DNA of 64,000 bases from Mobula hypostoma (lineage: Eukaryota). Where the stretch lies: the NCBI RefSeq assembly GCF_963921235.1, contig NC_086097.1:138944001-139008000 (forward strand), in the 5' to 3' direction. Below the pieces are notes generated by a model. That model saw nothing but the letters and a program-made list of their open reading frames with translations, ran no database searches and was not told the DNA's origin. Positions 38,540 to 50,369 of the stretch are shown here, in pieces. The stretch's first letter is position 1, and each line of letters starts with the position of its first letter. The translations under genes and the position numbers were made by a program.

Positions 38540-39190
38540 CATCCGAACTCAATCAGCCAGGCAGCATCAATGGAGAGAAATAGACAACTGATGCTTTGGG
38601 TTGAGACTGGAATGAGATAGAGGCGGAGATAGCCTGTACTGAGGCTAAATGCAAACAAGATGAACGGCAGCTCATATTCTGTCTAGGTAGTCCACATCCT
38701 GACAGCATTAACACTGAATTCTCCAACTTTTGTTAATTTGCTCCCCTAGTGTCCAGTTTCCCTCTCCTCCAGACCTTCATGGCTCCCATCTCCAAGTTTC
38801 TTCCCACCCTTTTACTCTCTGCATCTGCCCTTCACCCATACATTCCTCCTACTGGCTCCCCTATCCAACAACTCCCAACTACCCTCACTCCTGCCCTTTC
38901 TTTACTCAATACTCTACCTTCCTCTCTTTTCTGATTCTATCATCTTCAAGCCTGCGTTACTTCTACCTATTCCCTCCCAATTTCTGATGTCATTCCCACC
39001 CTCCCCTCCTTCTGTCTATCACCTACTAGCTCTTGCTCCACCATCCCCCAATGCTCTTTACACTGGCATCTCCCATCTATCTTTCAGTCCAGATGAAGGG
39101 TCTTCTCCTGAAATGTTGATTGTCCATGTCCCTCCACCTGATCCAAGGTTTTGTGTATTGATTCAGGTTCCAGCATTTGCAGTCTCTTAC
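38540..39190 (+). mobile_element. Penelope-like remnant: inverted terminus, GIY-YIG C-terminus, hammerhead variant (39085-39122)
   Basis: 38641-38736 encodes EAKCKQDERQLIFCLGSPHPDSINTEFSNFC*. Motif CAGTC-CAGATGA-AGGGTCTTCTCCT-GAAA-TGTT-GATTG. Confidence 0.75.
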
Positions 39191-40156
39191 GTGCTGACAT
39201 AATGCAGCTTGTTCTATGGTGACCCATGGTCCCCAAGCACAGTCACCCGCTTCCTGTCCAGTGACAGGTTCGTGGATAATTGGAGGATTGTGGGACTCCA
39301 GTTCTCCTCTGACACCCCCAGCGGTTGAGGTGGTGCTTGTCCAGCTCACAAGGGACTACTGTCCCAGACACAACAACCCCCCTTTCACAAACTTGAGGGG
39401 CAAACATTTTCTGCTTTCAGCATCACAAGTTGTGGGGCCTTCAGTAGCCCTGTGGAAACTCCAGCCCATGCACACCCCGCCCCTTCAGCTCCTTTCCGAG
39501 GTGATGTGTTCATTGTGCTGCTTCCAGTGTGTAGCTGGAGTCCGTGAACATATTGAAGCTGTAATAACTGCAGGGCACAGAAGGGGGTATCTGAAAATTC
39601 ACTCTGAAGCCTTCAGCATTCAACAATAAGGGCCCAACGTCAACTTCTAAGATTTTATCTTTTGTTTTCATATCCTTTGAAGTAACATTGATTTTTTTTG
39701 TACCAGAATGGGGAATTCTAACTGCCACTAATTTGCATGTATGAAGAATTACTTGTTTGTTGGATCTTACAATGACATTGAATGAATCTTATCAACTGAT
39801 AAAGTCTCAGTCTACATGTCCAGTCCAGATGTCCAGCCTTTCCTGTATACGTGAGACTGACCAATTCTCATCTAAGATCAGAATCAGAATCGGATTTAAT
39901 ATCACCAGTATATGTTGTGAAATTTGTTAACTTTGCGGCAGCAGTACAATGCAATACATGATAAATATAGAAAATACTGAACTATAGTAAATATGTATAT
40001 TTACTATATAATTTAATTTAATTATTAAATTAAAATAGGAGAAACCTACTGGCTGTCAATGGAGTAGCAGCATTTTTATAGTTGCTCCTACTCTACTTTA
40101 TTTACTGTTTCCAACTTGTTTTGAAAATTTACTTTTAAACACAATATTGTTTTACA

Positions 40157-40972
40157 ATGAGGGGTGCCAAAGCTACTAAAAAAGAAGAGGACTCTCCAAT
40201 AAGTTTGGGATCTATTACGGAGACACTTTGGAAGCATAAAAATGAACTTTCGGAGGAGTTCCAGCAGAACTTCTGGCAACTAAGCGCTGAATTTAAACGA
40301 ACGGATGTAAAATTGGATTCTATTCAAAAAACTTTAAGTGAACACGATAAACAGATAAAAGAGAAAGAAGACACTTTGACGATGTTGGATGCGAAGATTG
40401 TGGAATTTCTTCTGGAAAAGATCTGTGATAAACAGTCAAAGGTTAATGAAAAATTAAGACAGAAGATTATCGACTTGGAAAATAGAAGCAGAGGAAATAA
40501 TTTACGAATTCTGGGTTTTAAAGAGTTAATGGAAGGCAATCAGCCTTCAGATTTTTTTGTAAACCTTTTGGCTTACTTATTTCCAAATATTTTTAAAACT
40601 CCACCTAAAATAGACCAAGGTTATAGATTGCCTGTACCAAGACCTCCTCCAGGAGGACGACCCCATTCAGTGATAATTTGTCTTCATGACTTTCAAACAA
40701 AGGAACTTTTAATTTGTGAATCTCATCGGAAAGATATGATTGATAATGAAGACCAGAAGTTCAGAATTGTGGAAGATTTTTCACCCGAGGTGTTGAATGA
40801 ACGCTTCAGGTTTAAAAAAGTCATGTCTGAGTTGTATAATGAAGGCTTTAAACCCTCTCTTCATTACCCCGCTTGTCTTAGAATCATTTTGAAAAATGGC
40901 TCTCAGAGGTGGTTCCATTCGACTCAAGAGGTGCAGGATTTCTTGAGTGCCGAATCAATTTCAGAAGTTTAA
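40157..40972 (+). CDS. L1 ORF1p (Transposase_22-like: coiled coil, RRM, CTD), open 271 aa
   Basis: DLENRSRGNNLRILG, RIVEDFSPEV and SLHYPACLRI motifs. Confidence 0.88.
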   Translation: MRGAKATKKEEDSPISLGSITETLWKHKNELSEEFQQNFWQLSAEFKRTDVKLDSIQKTLSEHDKQIKEKEDTLTMLDAKIVEFLLEKICDKQSKVNEKLRQKIIDLENRSRGNNLRILGFKELMEGNQPSDFFVNLLAYLFPNIFKTPPKIDQGYRLPVPRPPPGGRPHSVIICLHDFQTKELLICESHRKDMIDNEDQKFRIVEDFSPEVLNERFRFKKVMSELYNEGFKPSLHYPACLRIILKNGSQRWFHSTQEVQDFLSAESISEV

Positions 40973-42429
40973 CTGTTCAATAACTCTTCACACAAATTTT
41001 TGTTGCATCTGCCTGATGGATCCTTTTTTTAGAATTAGCAGTCTAACTGTTCATTACTTTCTTTTATGAACAATTGTTTTTTTTTACTTTTGGTATACCT
41101 TTGAACCTAATTTTTTTCATACTTTTATTTCTTTGTTTAGAAAATTAAGGATTTAATATTAGTAAGTTTTCTTTGCATTAATACTTTCTAAGTTAATATG
41201 TTTTGAACTTTGATATTTTGTTCTAATATTTTTATACTGTAATTTTATAATGTTTTTAAAAATATATTTAATTGTGCTCTTTTTTTTGTTGTGTCTTGTT
41301 GCAACGCAGTTTTGCCTTGTAAATTTTTCTTTTTTGGAGCTCAGCCAGTAGATTGTTTTGGAAGGGAATGGTAGGTTTAGCTGCCGACTGCCCTTTGGTC
41401 GATTTTCTCTCTTTGGGTGGGGGGTGGAGGGTAGTTTTCTTTTTTCCTATCAGCTGTTTGGCTCTCTTAGCTTCATTTGTTGCTTGGTTACTTTTTCTTA
41501 AAGCTCATTGTTTGGATTTAATATCTATTCCAGTGGTTTTTATTCAAACATCTTCTTTAAGCAATATTTAAAATGGACCATATTTTTAATTTACTTAGTT
41601 TTAATGTGAAAGGATTAAACCATCCTGTGAAACGTAATAAGATACTTAATTATATCAAGAAATTGAATGTCTTAATTATTTATTTGCAAGATACACACGT
41701 TTGTAAATGTGATAATTTACCTCTTTTCAGCCATCGGAAGGGCTTATCTTTCTATTCCTCCTTTTAGGCTAAGGCAAGAGGAGTTTTGATTCTTCTAGAT
41801 AATTCAGTTTCTTTCGTTCAGCATAATGTAGTGTCTGATACCAATGGGCATTTTGTTATGGTCTCAGTGAAATTAGATAATAAATTACTGGCTTTTGCTC
41901 ATTTGTATGCCCGGAATATAGATGATCCAGGCTTTTTTTGAACTTTTTTTTTTTGCTTTTACCAGATTTAAGTTTATATTCTTTGGTTTTAGGAGGAGAC
42001 TTCAACTGTTGTTTAGATCCTGTTTTAGGTCGTTCTTCTTCTAAACAATTGACTTGTAGTAGATCTGCCTCCTTTATCCAATCTTTTCTAATGAAAAGTG
42101 ATATTGTTGATATTTGGCGTATTTTGCATCCAACAGATAAAGAGTATTTATTTTTTCCTCATGTTCGTCATATGTATTCCAGGATTGATTATTTTTTGTT
42201 GATAGTCAATTGATTCCATTGGTTCGATCCTGTGAATATAAAGAAATTGCTGTTTCAGATCATGCTCCTGTGTTTTTATCTTTAAATTTTCCGGGTGTCT
42301 CCCAAGTAAACAGATTCTTGCATTTTAATCTAACTCTGTTATCTGATAAGGATTTTTTAAAATTTTTGGAGAGACAAATTACTCTTTTTTTTAAGAGAAT
42401 ACCCTATAAGAGACTTCTAGTCTTATTTT

Positions 42430-43860
42430 TAAGAAGGGAGGGAGAGAGAAAACAGGGAATTATAGACCAGTTAGCCTGACATCAGTGGTGGGGAAGATGC
42501 TGCAGTCAATTATAAAGGATGAAATAGCGGCACATCTGGATAGCAGAAACAGGATCGGTCCAAGTCAGCATGAATTTATGAAGGGGAAATCATGCTTGAC
42601 TAATCTTCTGGAATTTTTTGAGGATGTAACTATGAAATTGGACATGGGAGAGCCAGTGGATGTAGTGTACCTGGACTTTCAGAAAACCTTTGATAAGGTC
42701 CCACATAGGAGATTAGTGGGCAAAATTAGAGCACATGGTATTGGGGGTAGGGTACTGACATGGATCATAAATTGGTTGGCAGACAGGAAACAAAGAGTAG
42801 GGATTAATGGGTCCCTTTCAGAATGGCAGGCGGTGACTAGTGGGGTACCGCAAGGCTCAGTGCTGGGACCGCAGCTATTTACAATATACATTAATGATTT
42901 AGATGAAGGGATTAAAAGTAACATTAGCAAATTTGCAGATGACACAAAGCTGGGTGGCAGTGTGAAATGTGCGGAGGATGTTGAGATAATGCAGGATGAC
43001 TTGGACAGGTTGGGTGAGTGGGCAGATGAATGGCAGATGCAGTTCAATGCGGATAAATGTGAGGTTATCCACTTTGGTGGCAAGAACAGGAAGGCAGACT
43101 ACTATTTGAATGGCATCAAGTTAGGAAAAGGGGAAGTACAATGATATCTAGGTGTCCTTGTTCATCAGTCACTGAAAGTAAGCATGCAGATACAGCAGGC
43201 AGTGAAGAAAGCTAATGGCATGTTGGCCTTCATAACAAGGGGAGTTGAGTTAAGGAGCAAAGAGGTCCTTCTGCAGTTGTACAGGATCCTGGTGAGACCA
43301 CACACCTGGAGTATTGTGTACAGTTTTGGTCTCCAATTTTGAGGAAGGACATTCTTGCTATTGAGGGAGTGCAGTGGAGGTTCATGAGGTTAATTCCCGA
43401 GATGGCGGGACTGTCATATGTTGAAAGATTGGAGCGACTGGGCTTGTATATACTGGAATTTAGAAGGATGAGAGGGGATCGGATTGAAACATATAAGATT
43501 ATTAAGGGATTGGACGCGCTAGAGGCAGGAAACATGTTCCCGATGTTGGAGGAGTCCAGAACCAGAGGCCACAATCTGAGAATAAGGGGTAGGCCATTTA
43601 GAACGGAGTTGAGGAAAAACTTTTTCACCCAGAGAGTTGTGGATCTGTGGAATGCTCTGCCTCAGAAGGCAGTGGAGGCCAATTCTCTGGATGTTTTCAA
43701 GTAAGAGTTAGATAGAGCTTTTAATGATAGCAGAGTCAAGGGATATGGAGAGAAGGCAGGAACGGGGTACTGATTGTGGATGATCAGCCATGATCACAGT
43801 AAATGGTGGTGCTGGCTCAAAGGGCCGAATGGCCTACTCCTGCACCTATTGTCTATTGTC
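42430..43860 (+). mobile_element. CR1 3' half nested in L1 ORF2
   Basis: ORF 42485-43144 (RT, FADD) and 43339-43704. Tail (CTATTGT)n. Confidence 0.95.
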
Positions 43861-43980
43861 TTTTGTCTATTTTAAGGGATGCTTTTAAGGCTTATATTAG
43901 AGGTCAAATTATTTCTTTTACCGCAAGTGTTAAGAAAAAATCTAATGAGGAGAGAATTGAATTAGCCAATCAGTTGAAAC

Positions 43981-45597
43981 ACAGAAACATAGAAACATAG
44001 AAAATAGGTGCAGGAGTAGGCCATTCGGCCCTTCGAGCCTGCACTGCCATTTATTATGATCATGGCTGATTATCCAACTCAGAACCCTGCACCAGCCTTC
44101 CCTCCATACCCCCTGATCCCCGTAGCCACAAGGGCCATATCCAACTCCCTCTTAAATATAGCCAATGAACTGGCCTCAACTGTTTCCTGTGGCAGAGAAT
44201 TCCACAGATTCACCACTCTCTGTGTGAAGAAGTTTTTCCTAATCTCAGTCCTAAAAGGCTTCCCCCTTATCCTCAAACTGTGACCCCTCGTTCTGGACTT
44301 CCCCAACATCGGGAACAATCTTCCTGCATCTAGCCTGTACAATTCCTTTAGGATTTTATACGTTTCAATCAGATCCCCCCTCAATCTTCTAAATTCCAAT
44401 GACTACAAGCCTAGTTCATCCAGTCTTTCTTCATATGAAAGTCCTGCCATCCCAGGAATCAATCTGGTGAACCTTCTTTGTACTCCCTCTATGGCAAGCA
44501 TGTCTTTCCTCAGATTAGGGGACCAAAACTGCACACAATACTCCAGGTGTGGTCTCTCCAAGGCCTTGTACAACTGCAGTAGTACCTCCCTGCTCCTGTA
44601 CTTGAATCCTCTTGCTATAAATGCCAGCATACCATTCGCCTTTTTCACTGCCTGCTGTACCTGCATGCCCACTTTCAATGACTGGTGTATAATGACACCC
44701 AGGTCTTGTTGCACCTCCCCTTTTTCTAATCGGCCACCATTCAGATAATAATCTGTTTTCCTATTTTTGCCACCAAAGTGGATAACTTCACATTTATCCA
44801 CATTAAATTGCATCTGCCATGAATTTGCCCACTCACCCAACCTATCCAAGTCACCCTGCATCCTCTTAGCATCCTCCTCACAGCTAACACTGCCACCCAG
44901 CTTCGTGTCATCCGCAAACTTGGAGATGCTGCATTTAATTCCCTCATCTAAGTCATTAATATATATTGTACACAACTGGGGTCCCAGCACTGAGCCTTGC
45001 AGTACCCCACTAGTCACTGCCTGCCATTCTGAAAAGGTCCCATTTATTCCCACTCTTTGCTTCCTGTCTGCTAACCAATTCTCTATCCACATCAATACCT
45101 TACCCCCAATACCGTGTGCTTTAAGTTTGCACATAATCTCCTGTGTGAGACCTTGACAAAAGCCTTTTGAAAATCCAAATATACCACATCCACTGGTTCT
45201 CCCCTATCCACTCTACTAGTTACATCCTCAAAAAATTCTATGAGATTCGTCAGACATGATTTTCCTTTCACAAATCCATGCTGACTTTGTCCGGTGATTT
45301 CACCGCTTTCCAAATGTGCTGTTATCACATCTTTGATAACTGACTCCAGCAGTTTCCCCACCACCGACGTTAGGCTAATCGGTCTATAATTCCCTGGTTT
45401 CTCTTTCCCTCCTTTTTTAAAAAGTGGGGTTACATTAGCCACCCTCCAATCCTCAGGAACTAGTCCAGAATCTAACGAGTTTTGAAAAATTATCACTAAT
45501 GCATCCACTATTTCTTGGGCTACTTCCTTAAGCACTCTAGGATGCAGACCATCTGGCCCTGGGGATTTATCTGTCTTTAATCCCTTCAATTTACCTA
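43981..45597 (-). mobile_element. Second CR1 3' half nested in L1 ORF2, antisense
   Basis: ORFs 45092-45589, 44403-45134 and 44079-44399. Tail (TTTCTATG)n. Confidence 0.95.
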
Positions 45598-45614
45598 GGG
45601 ATTAAAGGCCGATA

Positions 45615-46110
45615 TTAAAGGCATCATTAGCAAACAGCACGTCTCTGATCATAGCCTCTCGCACTTTCATTTTCGCTCTTCGGTGAGGTTAAAATGCTTG
45701 CCATCTAATGTAGTGTGGAGGTAGAACTCCTCTATTGCAGTGCCAAATGCATGCTTCAGAAGAAGGACAGAAGATCCTGACGAGTACTGGGATGAGAACA
45801 TAGCCTTGCTTAACATTACTGTTTATGTCAAAGGGCTCCGAAGAGCTACCTTTGTACTGCACAGTCTCCTTCATGTTGTTGTGGAAGAATTTGATCATGC
45901 TTTGCAGTCTTGGCAGGCAAATTTTCTCTCTCTGCCAACTCCAGAAGTGCAGAGAACAAAAGAAGCCCTTCTATGTTACGCTTATTGATCTCACCAAAGC
46001 ATTTGACTCAGTCAGCAAAGAGGGCAAGTGCAGAACATTGTCATCGGTCAGCAGACACAGGCTCTTTTGGAACCTCTCCAAGGTAGGCTGCCCACCAAAA
46101 TTGCAGGGTA
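45615..46110. mobile_element. RTE-clade RT fragment with an internal inversion
   Basis: Minus strand: RLQSMIKFFHNNM..GSSSEPFDINSNVKQG..IRDVLFANDA. Plus strand: QKCREQKKPFYVTLIDLTKAFDSVS..GCPPKLQ. Confidence 0.8.
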
Positions 46111-49100
46111 AACAGCATTCCTGGTCTTATTGGCCAAATCATCAAGAATAGGTAGAAGAGGTAAAAGGCTGAAGAAGGAAGAATTTAATAAGAGAGGAAA
46201 CGATTAGACCAAAATTATGCCTTGGCTCCAGATCCTGTTCTATATAAAAGACATGTTGAAATTAAAACTAAATACGATCTGCTTTTAACTTATCCAATTG
46301 AAACTCAACTTTTAAAAGATAAAAGTCAGTTTTATGTTCATGGAGATAAATCAGGTAAACTATTGGCTAACCAATTAAATACCTTTATGGTTAAATGCCA
46401 AATTAAAGAAATTTGTGAAGCTAATGGTGATAAAACATCTGATCATTCAGAAATAAATGATACTTTTGGAGAATTCTATTCTAAACTTTATAGTTCTGAT
46501 CCTCCTAAAGATAATACTGTAATGATTAATTTCTTAGATCGATTAAACATTCCTATACTTTCTGATGTTAATCGAAAATTGCTGGATCAACCCATTTCTT
46601 ATGAGGAAATTGCCGAGGTTGTTCACTCTTTGCACTCGGGGAAGGCTCTGGGTCCTGATGGATTTTCTGGAGAGTTTTATAAGGCTTTTCCTCTTTGCTT
46701 ATACCTCACTTATACTCTCAGTCCTTTCGGTCTCCTTTAAATTAGGTAGGTTGCCACAATCTTTTTATGAAGCCTCTATTTCACTTATTCTTCAAAAGAA
46801 TAAGGATCCAACTGAATATTCTTCTTATAGACCAATATCCTTACTTAATGTTGATACTAAAATTTTATCTAAACTTTTGGCTTGTAGGATTGAAAATATT
46901 TTGCCATCTATTATTTCTGATGATCAGACTGGATTTATCAAAAATCGATACTCCCACTTCAATATTTGTTGTTTATTGAATGTTATTTATTCCCCTTCTG
47001 AAGAGATGTCAGAATGTGTGATATCCTTAGATGCAGAGAAAGCCTTTGATCGGGTTGAATGGAATTATTTATTTAAAACTTTAGAAAAATTTAACTTTGA
47101 GCCTGATTTTATTCAATGGATTAAATTACTTTATTTATCTCCCTCCGCTCAGGTTCTTTCTAACTCTCAGAATTCTAAACCATTTAAACTTCAATGTGGA
47201 ACCAGACAAGGTTGTTCTTTGAGTCCTTTGCTTTTTAATTTGGTCTCAGAACCTTTAGCTATTGCTTTCTGGAAATCTAATGATATTACTGGTATTTTAA
47301 GGAGGGGTATTACCCACAAAGTTTCGCTTTATACTGATGATATTTTGCTCTACATTTCTAATGTGGAGTCTTCTTTACCTTCCGTAGTTTCTTTACTCTC
47401 CTGCCTTAATCAGTTTTCAGGATATATATTTAACTTTCATAAGAGTGAACTTTTTCCTTTGAATAGGTTGGTATTAGTTAATACTAACCTTCCTTTTATA
47501 ATTGTACAAAATCTATTTACTTATAAATTCCTTTTTAAAGAATTTTTTTTTACGCTTCTGAATTATGTTAAGAAGGCACTATCAAATTGGTCACCCCTCT
47601 CTTTATCATTGATTGGCCGAATTAAATCTATTAAAATGAATATTCTGCCTAAATTTTTATATTTATTTCAGGCCGTACCTGTTTTTATTCCTAAATCCTT
47701 TTTTGATTCTCTGGATTCTATTATATCTTCTTATATATGGAAAAATAAAATTTCTCAATTAAAGTTCACCTTCAAAAAGCTAAAAAGAATGGAGGTTTAG
47801 CCTTACCCAATTTTAGGTTTTATTACTGCGCAGTCAATATACGGAATCTTCCATTTTGGTTATATTATATTAATTGAGAGGACTGTCTGGTCTGGGTTTC
47901 TTTAGAAGCTAATTCTGTTAATAAATTTTCTATCATTTCTCTTCTCGGATCTTCAGATCCTTTATCTTTAAGTAATTTAACTGATAATTTTGTAGTTAAA
48001 CACACTTTGAGGATTTGGGTACAATTTAGAACATATTTTGGTTTATTGAGTTTTTCACTTTCAAGTCCCATTTTTTCTAACTTTTTTTTAAACCTTCTAT
48101 GACTGATGTAGTTTTTAAAGAGTGGAATAGATTGGCTGTTAAATGTTTTCAGGATTTGCTTGTTGGAGATAGTCTCTCTTCATTTGAACAACTGTCAGCT
48201 AAGTATAGCCTACCCAAAACCCACTTTTTTCGATCTTTACAAATTAGAGACTTTTTGCGTTCTCAAGTACATGCATTTCCTAAAAGTCCAGATAAGAATT
48301 TACTTGATACTATTTTTAATTTGAAACCCTTCCATAATGGATCTATAGCTAATATTTATGGTATGTTGTTGGGAATGAGAAATATTCTTTTAGACAAAAT
48401 TAAAAATCTCTGGGAACAAGATTTGCAGATTCCAATTTCTGAGGATACTTGGAATGAATTTTTAAAATTGGTTAATGCCTCATCGTTATGTGCCTGTCAT
48501 TCCCTTCTTCAATTTAAAGTGGTTCAAAGGGCCCACATGACTAAAGATAAGCTGTCTCATTTTTATTCGGATATATCTCCTTATTGTGATAGATGTAACA
48601 ACGGAGAAGCTTCACTAATTCGTATGTTTCGGACTTGTCTGAGTCTTGAAAAATATTGGAAGTAAGTATTCCAAACTTTTTCAGTGCTTTTTAAAGTAAA
48701 TTTTAAACCTAATCCTTTGACTGCCTTATTTGGTATTGTTGGAGGAAATTAAATTATTTGGAGTCACATGGTTTGCATATTTTGGCCTTTATTTCTCTCA
48801 TAGCCAGGAGGGCATTGTTGCTTAAGTGGAAGGATGCCACTCCGCCTACTCATACTCATTGGTTACACGATGTTATGTCATGCTTAAATTTAGAGAAGGT
48901 TCGCTGTTCAATTTTGTGGGGACATTTTTGAATTATTTTCAAAATCTTTGATTTGCTATCAAGCACAGATGTTGGCTAACAATATGTTTTATTATACGAT
49001 AAGGATTTTTTCCTTTTTTTTTAACCAAACAGCTGTTTTTTTTTCCTCTGGTAGTGGGTTTAGATTTTTTTGTATAATAAAATTATATCTTTTCAATATT

Positions 49101-49576
49101 ATGTTTAAATTTAATTTATATGGATATGGGGTAATAAGACTATATTTGTGATTCCAATATATTGTAATCGATATATATTATATATCCTACTGTACTCTGT
49201 ATTCTTTTATCTAAGAAATCAATAAAAATATTGAAAAAGAATTAAAATAAATCGCGCAAAAACAGAAATTTAAAAAAGTAGTGAGGTAGTGTTCATGGGT
49301 TCAATGTCCATTTAAGAATTGGATGGCAGAGGGGAAGAAGCTGTTCCTGAATTGCTGAGTGTGTTTTTTCAGGTTCTGCACCCTCTCCTTGCTGGTAACA
49401 ATGAGAAGAGAACATGTCCTGGATGGTACCAGCCGGTAGCCAGGATACACACAATAATTCCCACAAATCACAATGTAACAATGATCAGAAAAATCAGCTC
49501 ACAGGTAAAGTTTGATAGGTGATAAATATCAAATATCAAACAGTGAAAATTCTCCAAACCTCTTCTTGATTAAATA

Positions 49577-49822
49577 CGTGGTAGTGTAGTGGTTAGTGCA
49601 ATCTTTTTAGAGTGCAACTGACCCATGTTCATTTCCCGCTGCTGTTTCTAAGGAGTTTGTACATTCTCCCTGTGACCTCGTGGGTTTCCTCCAGGTTCTC
49701 TGGTTTCATCCCACATTCCAAAGATGTACAGTATGTGGTAGTACGTTAACAGGTCACATGGTTGTAATTGGGCTGCATAGTCTTTTTGGGCGGGAAGGGC
49801 ATGTTGTATCTCTATATAAATA
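49577..49822 (+). mobile_element. tRNA-derived V-SINE
   Basis: A-box-like gtggtagtgtagtggttag, a degenerate B box and the V-domain ggagtttgtacattctccctgtgacc..gggtttcctcc. Confidence 0.8.
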
Positions 49823-50369
49823 ACATAGTGCCTTGAGATCATTCACATTCAACTGAGAAAGCAGATGGACCTCAGTGTAGTACACAGACAAAGGACATCA
49901 GAACAACTCAAAAGATGGGACAATTGGCAAGTGGGAAATTGGAATCTAGAGTAGGGTCCCTGAGGAGGACTTTAAGCAAGGAGAGATAGGTGAGAGAGAT
50001 GTTTCTCAGAGCTGGGTGGATGAGTAAGACTCTTGCTGTCAATGGACAGGTGAGGAGCGCGAAGAAGCAGGTTGAAAGATTGGAAGCACTAGATGAGGGT
50101 CTGGAGCTGAATCTTGATAATGTGGCAGCCAGGGAATGATTTAGAATTAAGTTGAGAACTTTATAAATTATAAATTGTAAGGCTCTGGTGTTTGCTACTG
50201 GAAGTGGGAGTTGTGGTTATTGAGGAAAAGGGATTATAGTGAGGTTTTCTCATTAATGCAGGGCAGTGGATGACGCAACCTGCAATGGAGTTGGGGCAAC
50301 ATTTACAAGAGACTCCTCATCTTCCACTATAATGAGAGCTTTGGAATCCAGGACAAGTCACAGCACCAG

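Larger units (their letters stand above)
41573..48930 (+). pseudogene. L1 ORF2 (APE endonuclease and RT), broken by stops, frameshifts and insertions
   Basis: SFNVKGLN, GGDFN, YSRIDYF, SDHAPV, YRPISLLNVD, LDAEKAFDRVEW, GTRQGCSLSP, YTDD and CDRC motifs. Confidence 0.92.
40038..49239 (+). mobile_element. Full-length L1-clade LINE, inactivated, with nested insertions
   Basis: TSD aattaaaata (40028-40037 and 49240-49249). ORF1, then ORF2 with APE, RT and a C-terminal Cys region, then AATAAA at about 49221. Confidence 0.93.
39876..49425 (-). mobile_element. Rex/Babar-type 3' end split by the L1 insertion (pieces 39876-40037 and 49240-49425)
   Basis: (TTCTGA)n tail at the left. The coding end (RNSFFPSAI-like) lies to the right of the L1. 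Confidence 0.75.

Noticed and set aside
46565..47800. 411-aa RT ORF as an active gene
   Set aside because: It is a fragment of the disrupted L1 ORF2, with a frameshifted N-terminus and YTDD in place of YADD.
49577..49650. tRNA gene
   Set aside because: It is the degenerate tRNA-derived head of a V-SINE and does not form a cloverleaf.
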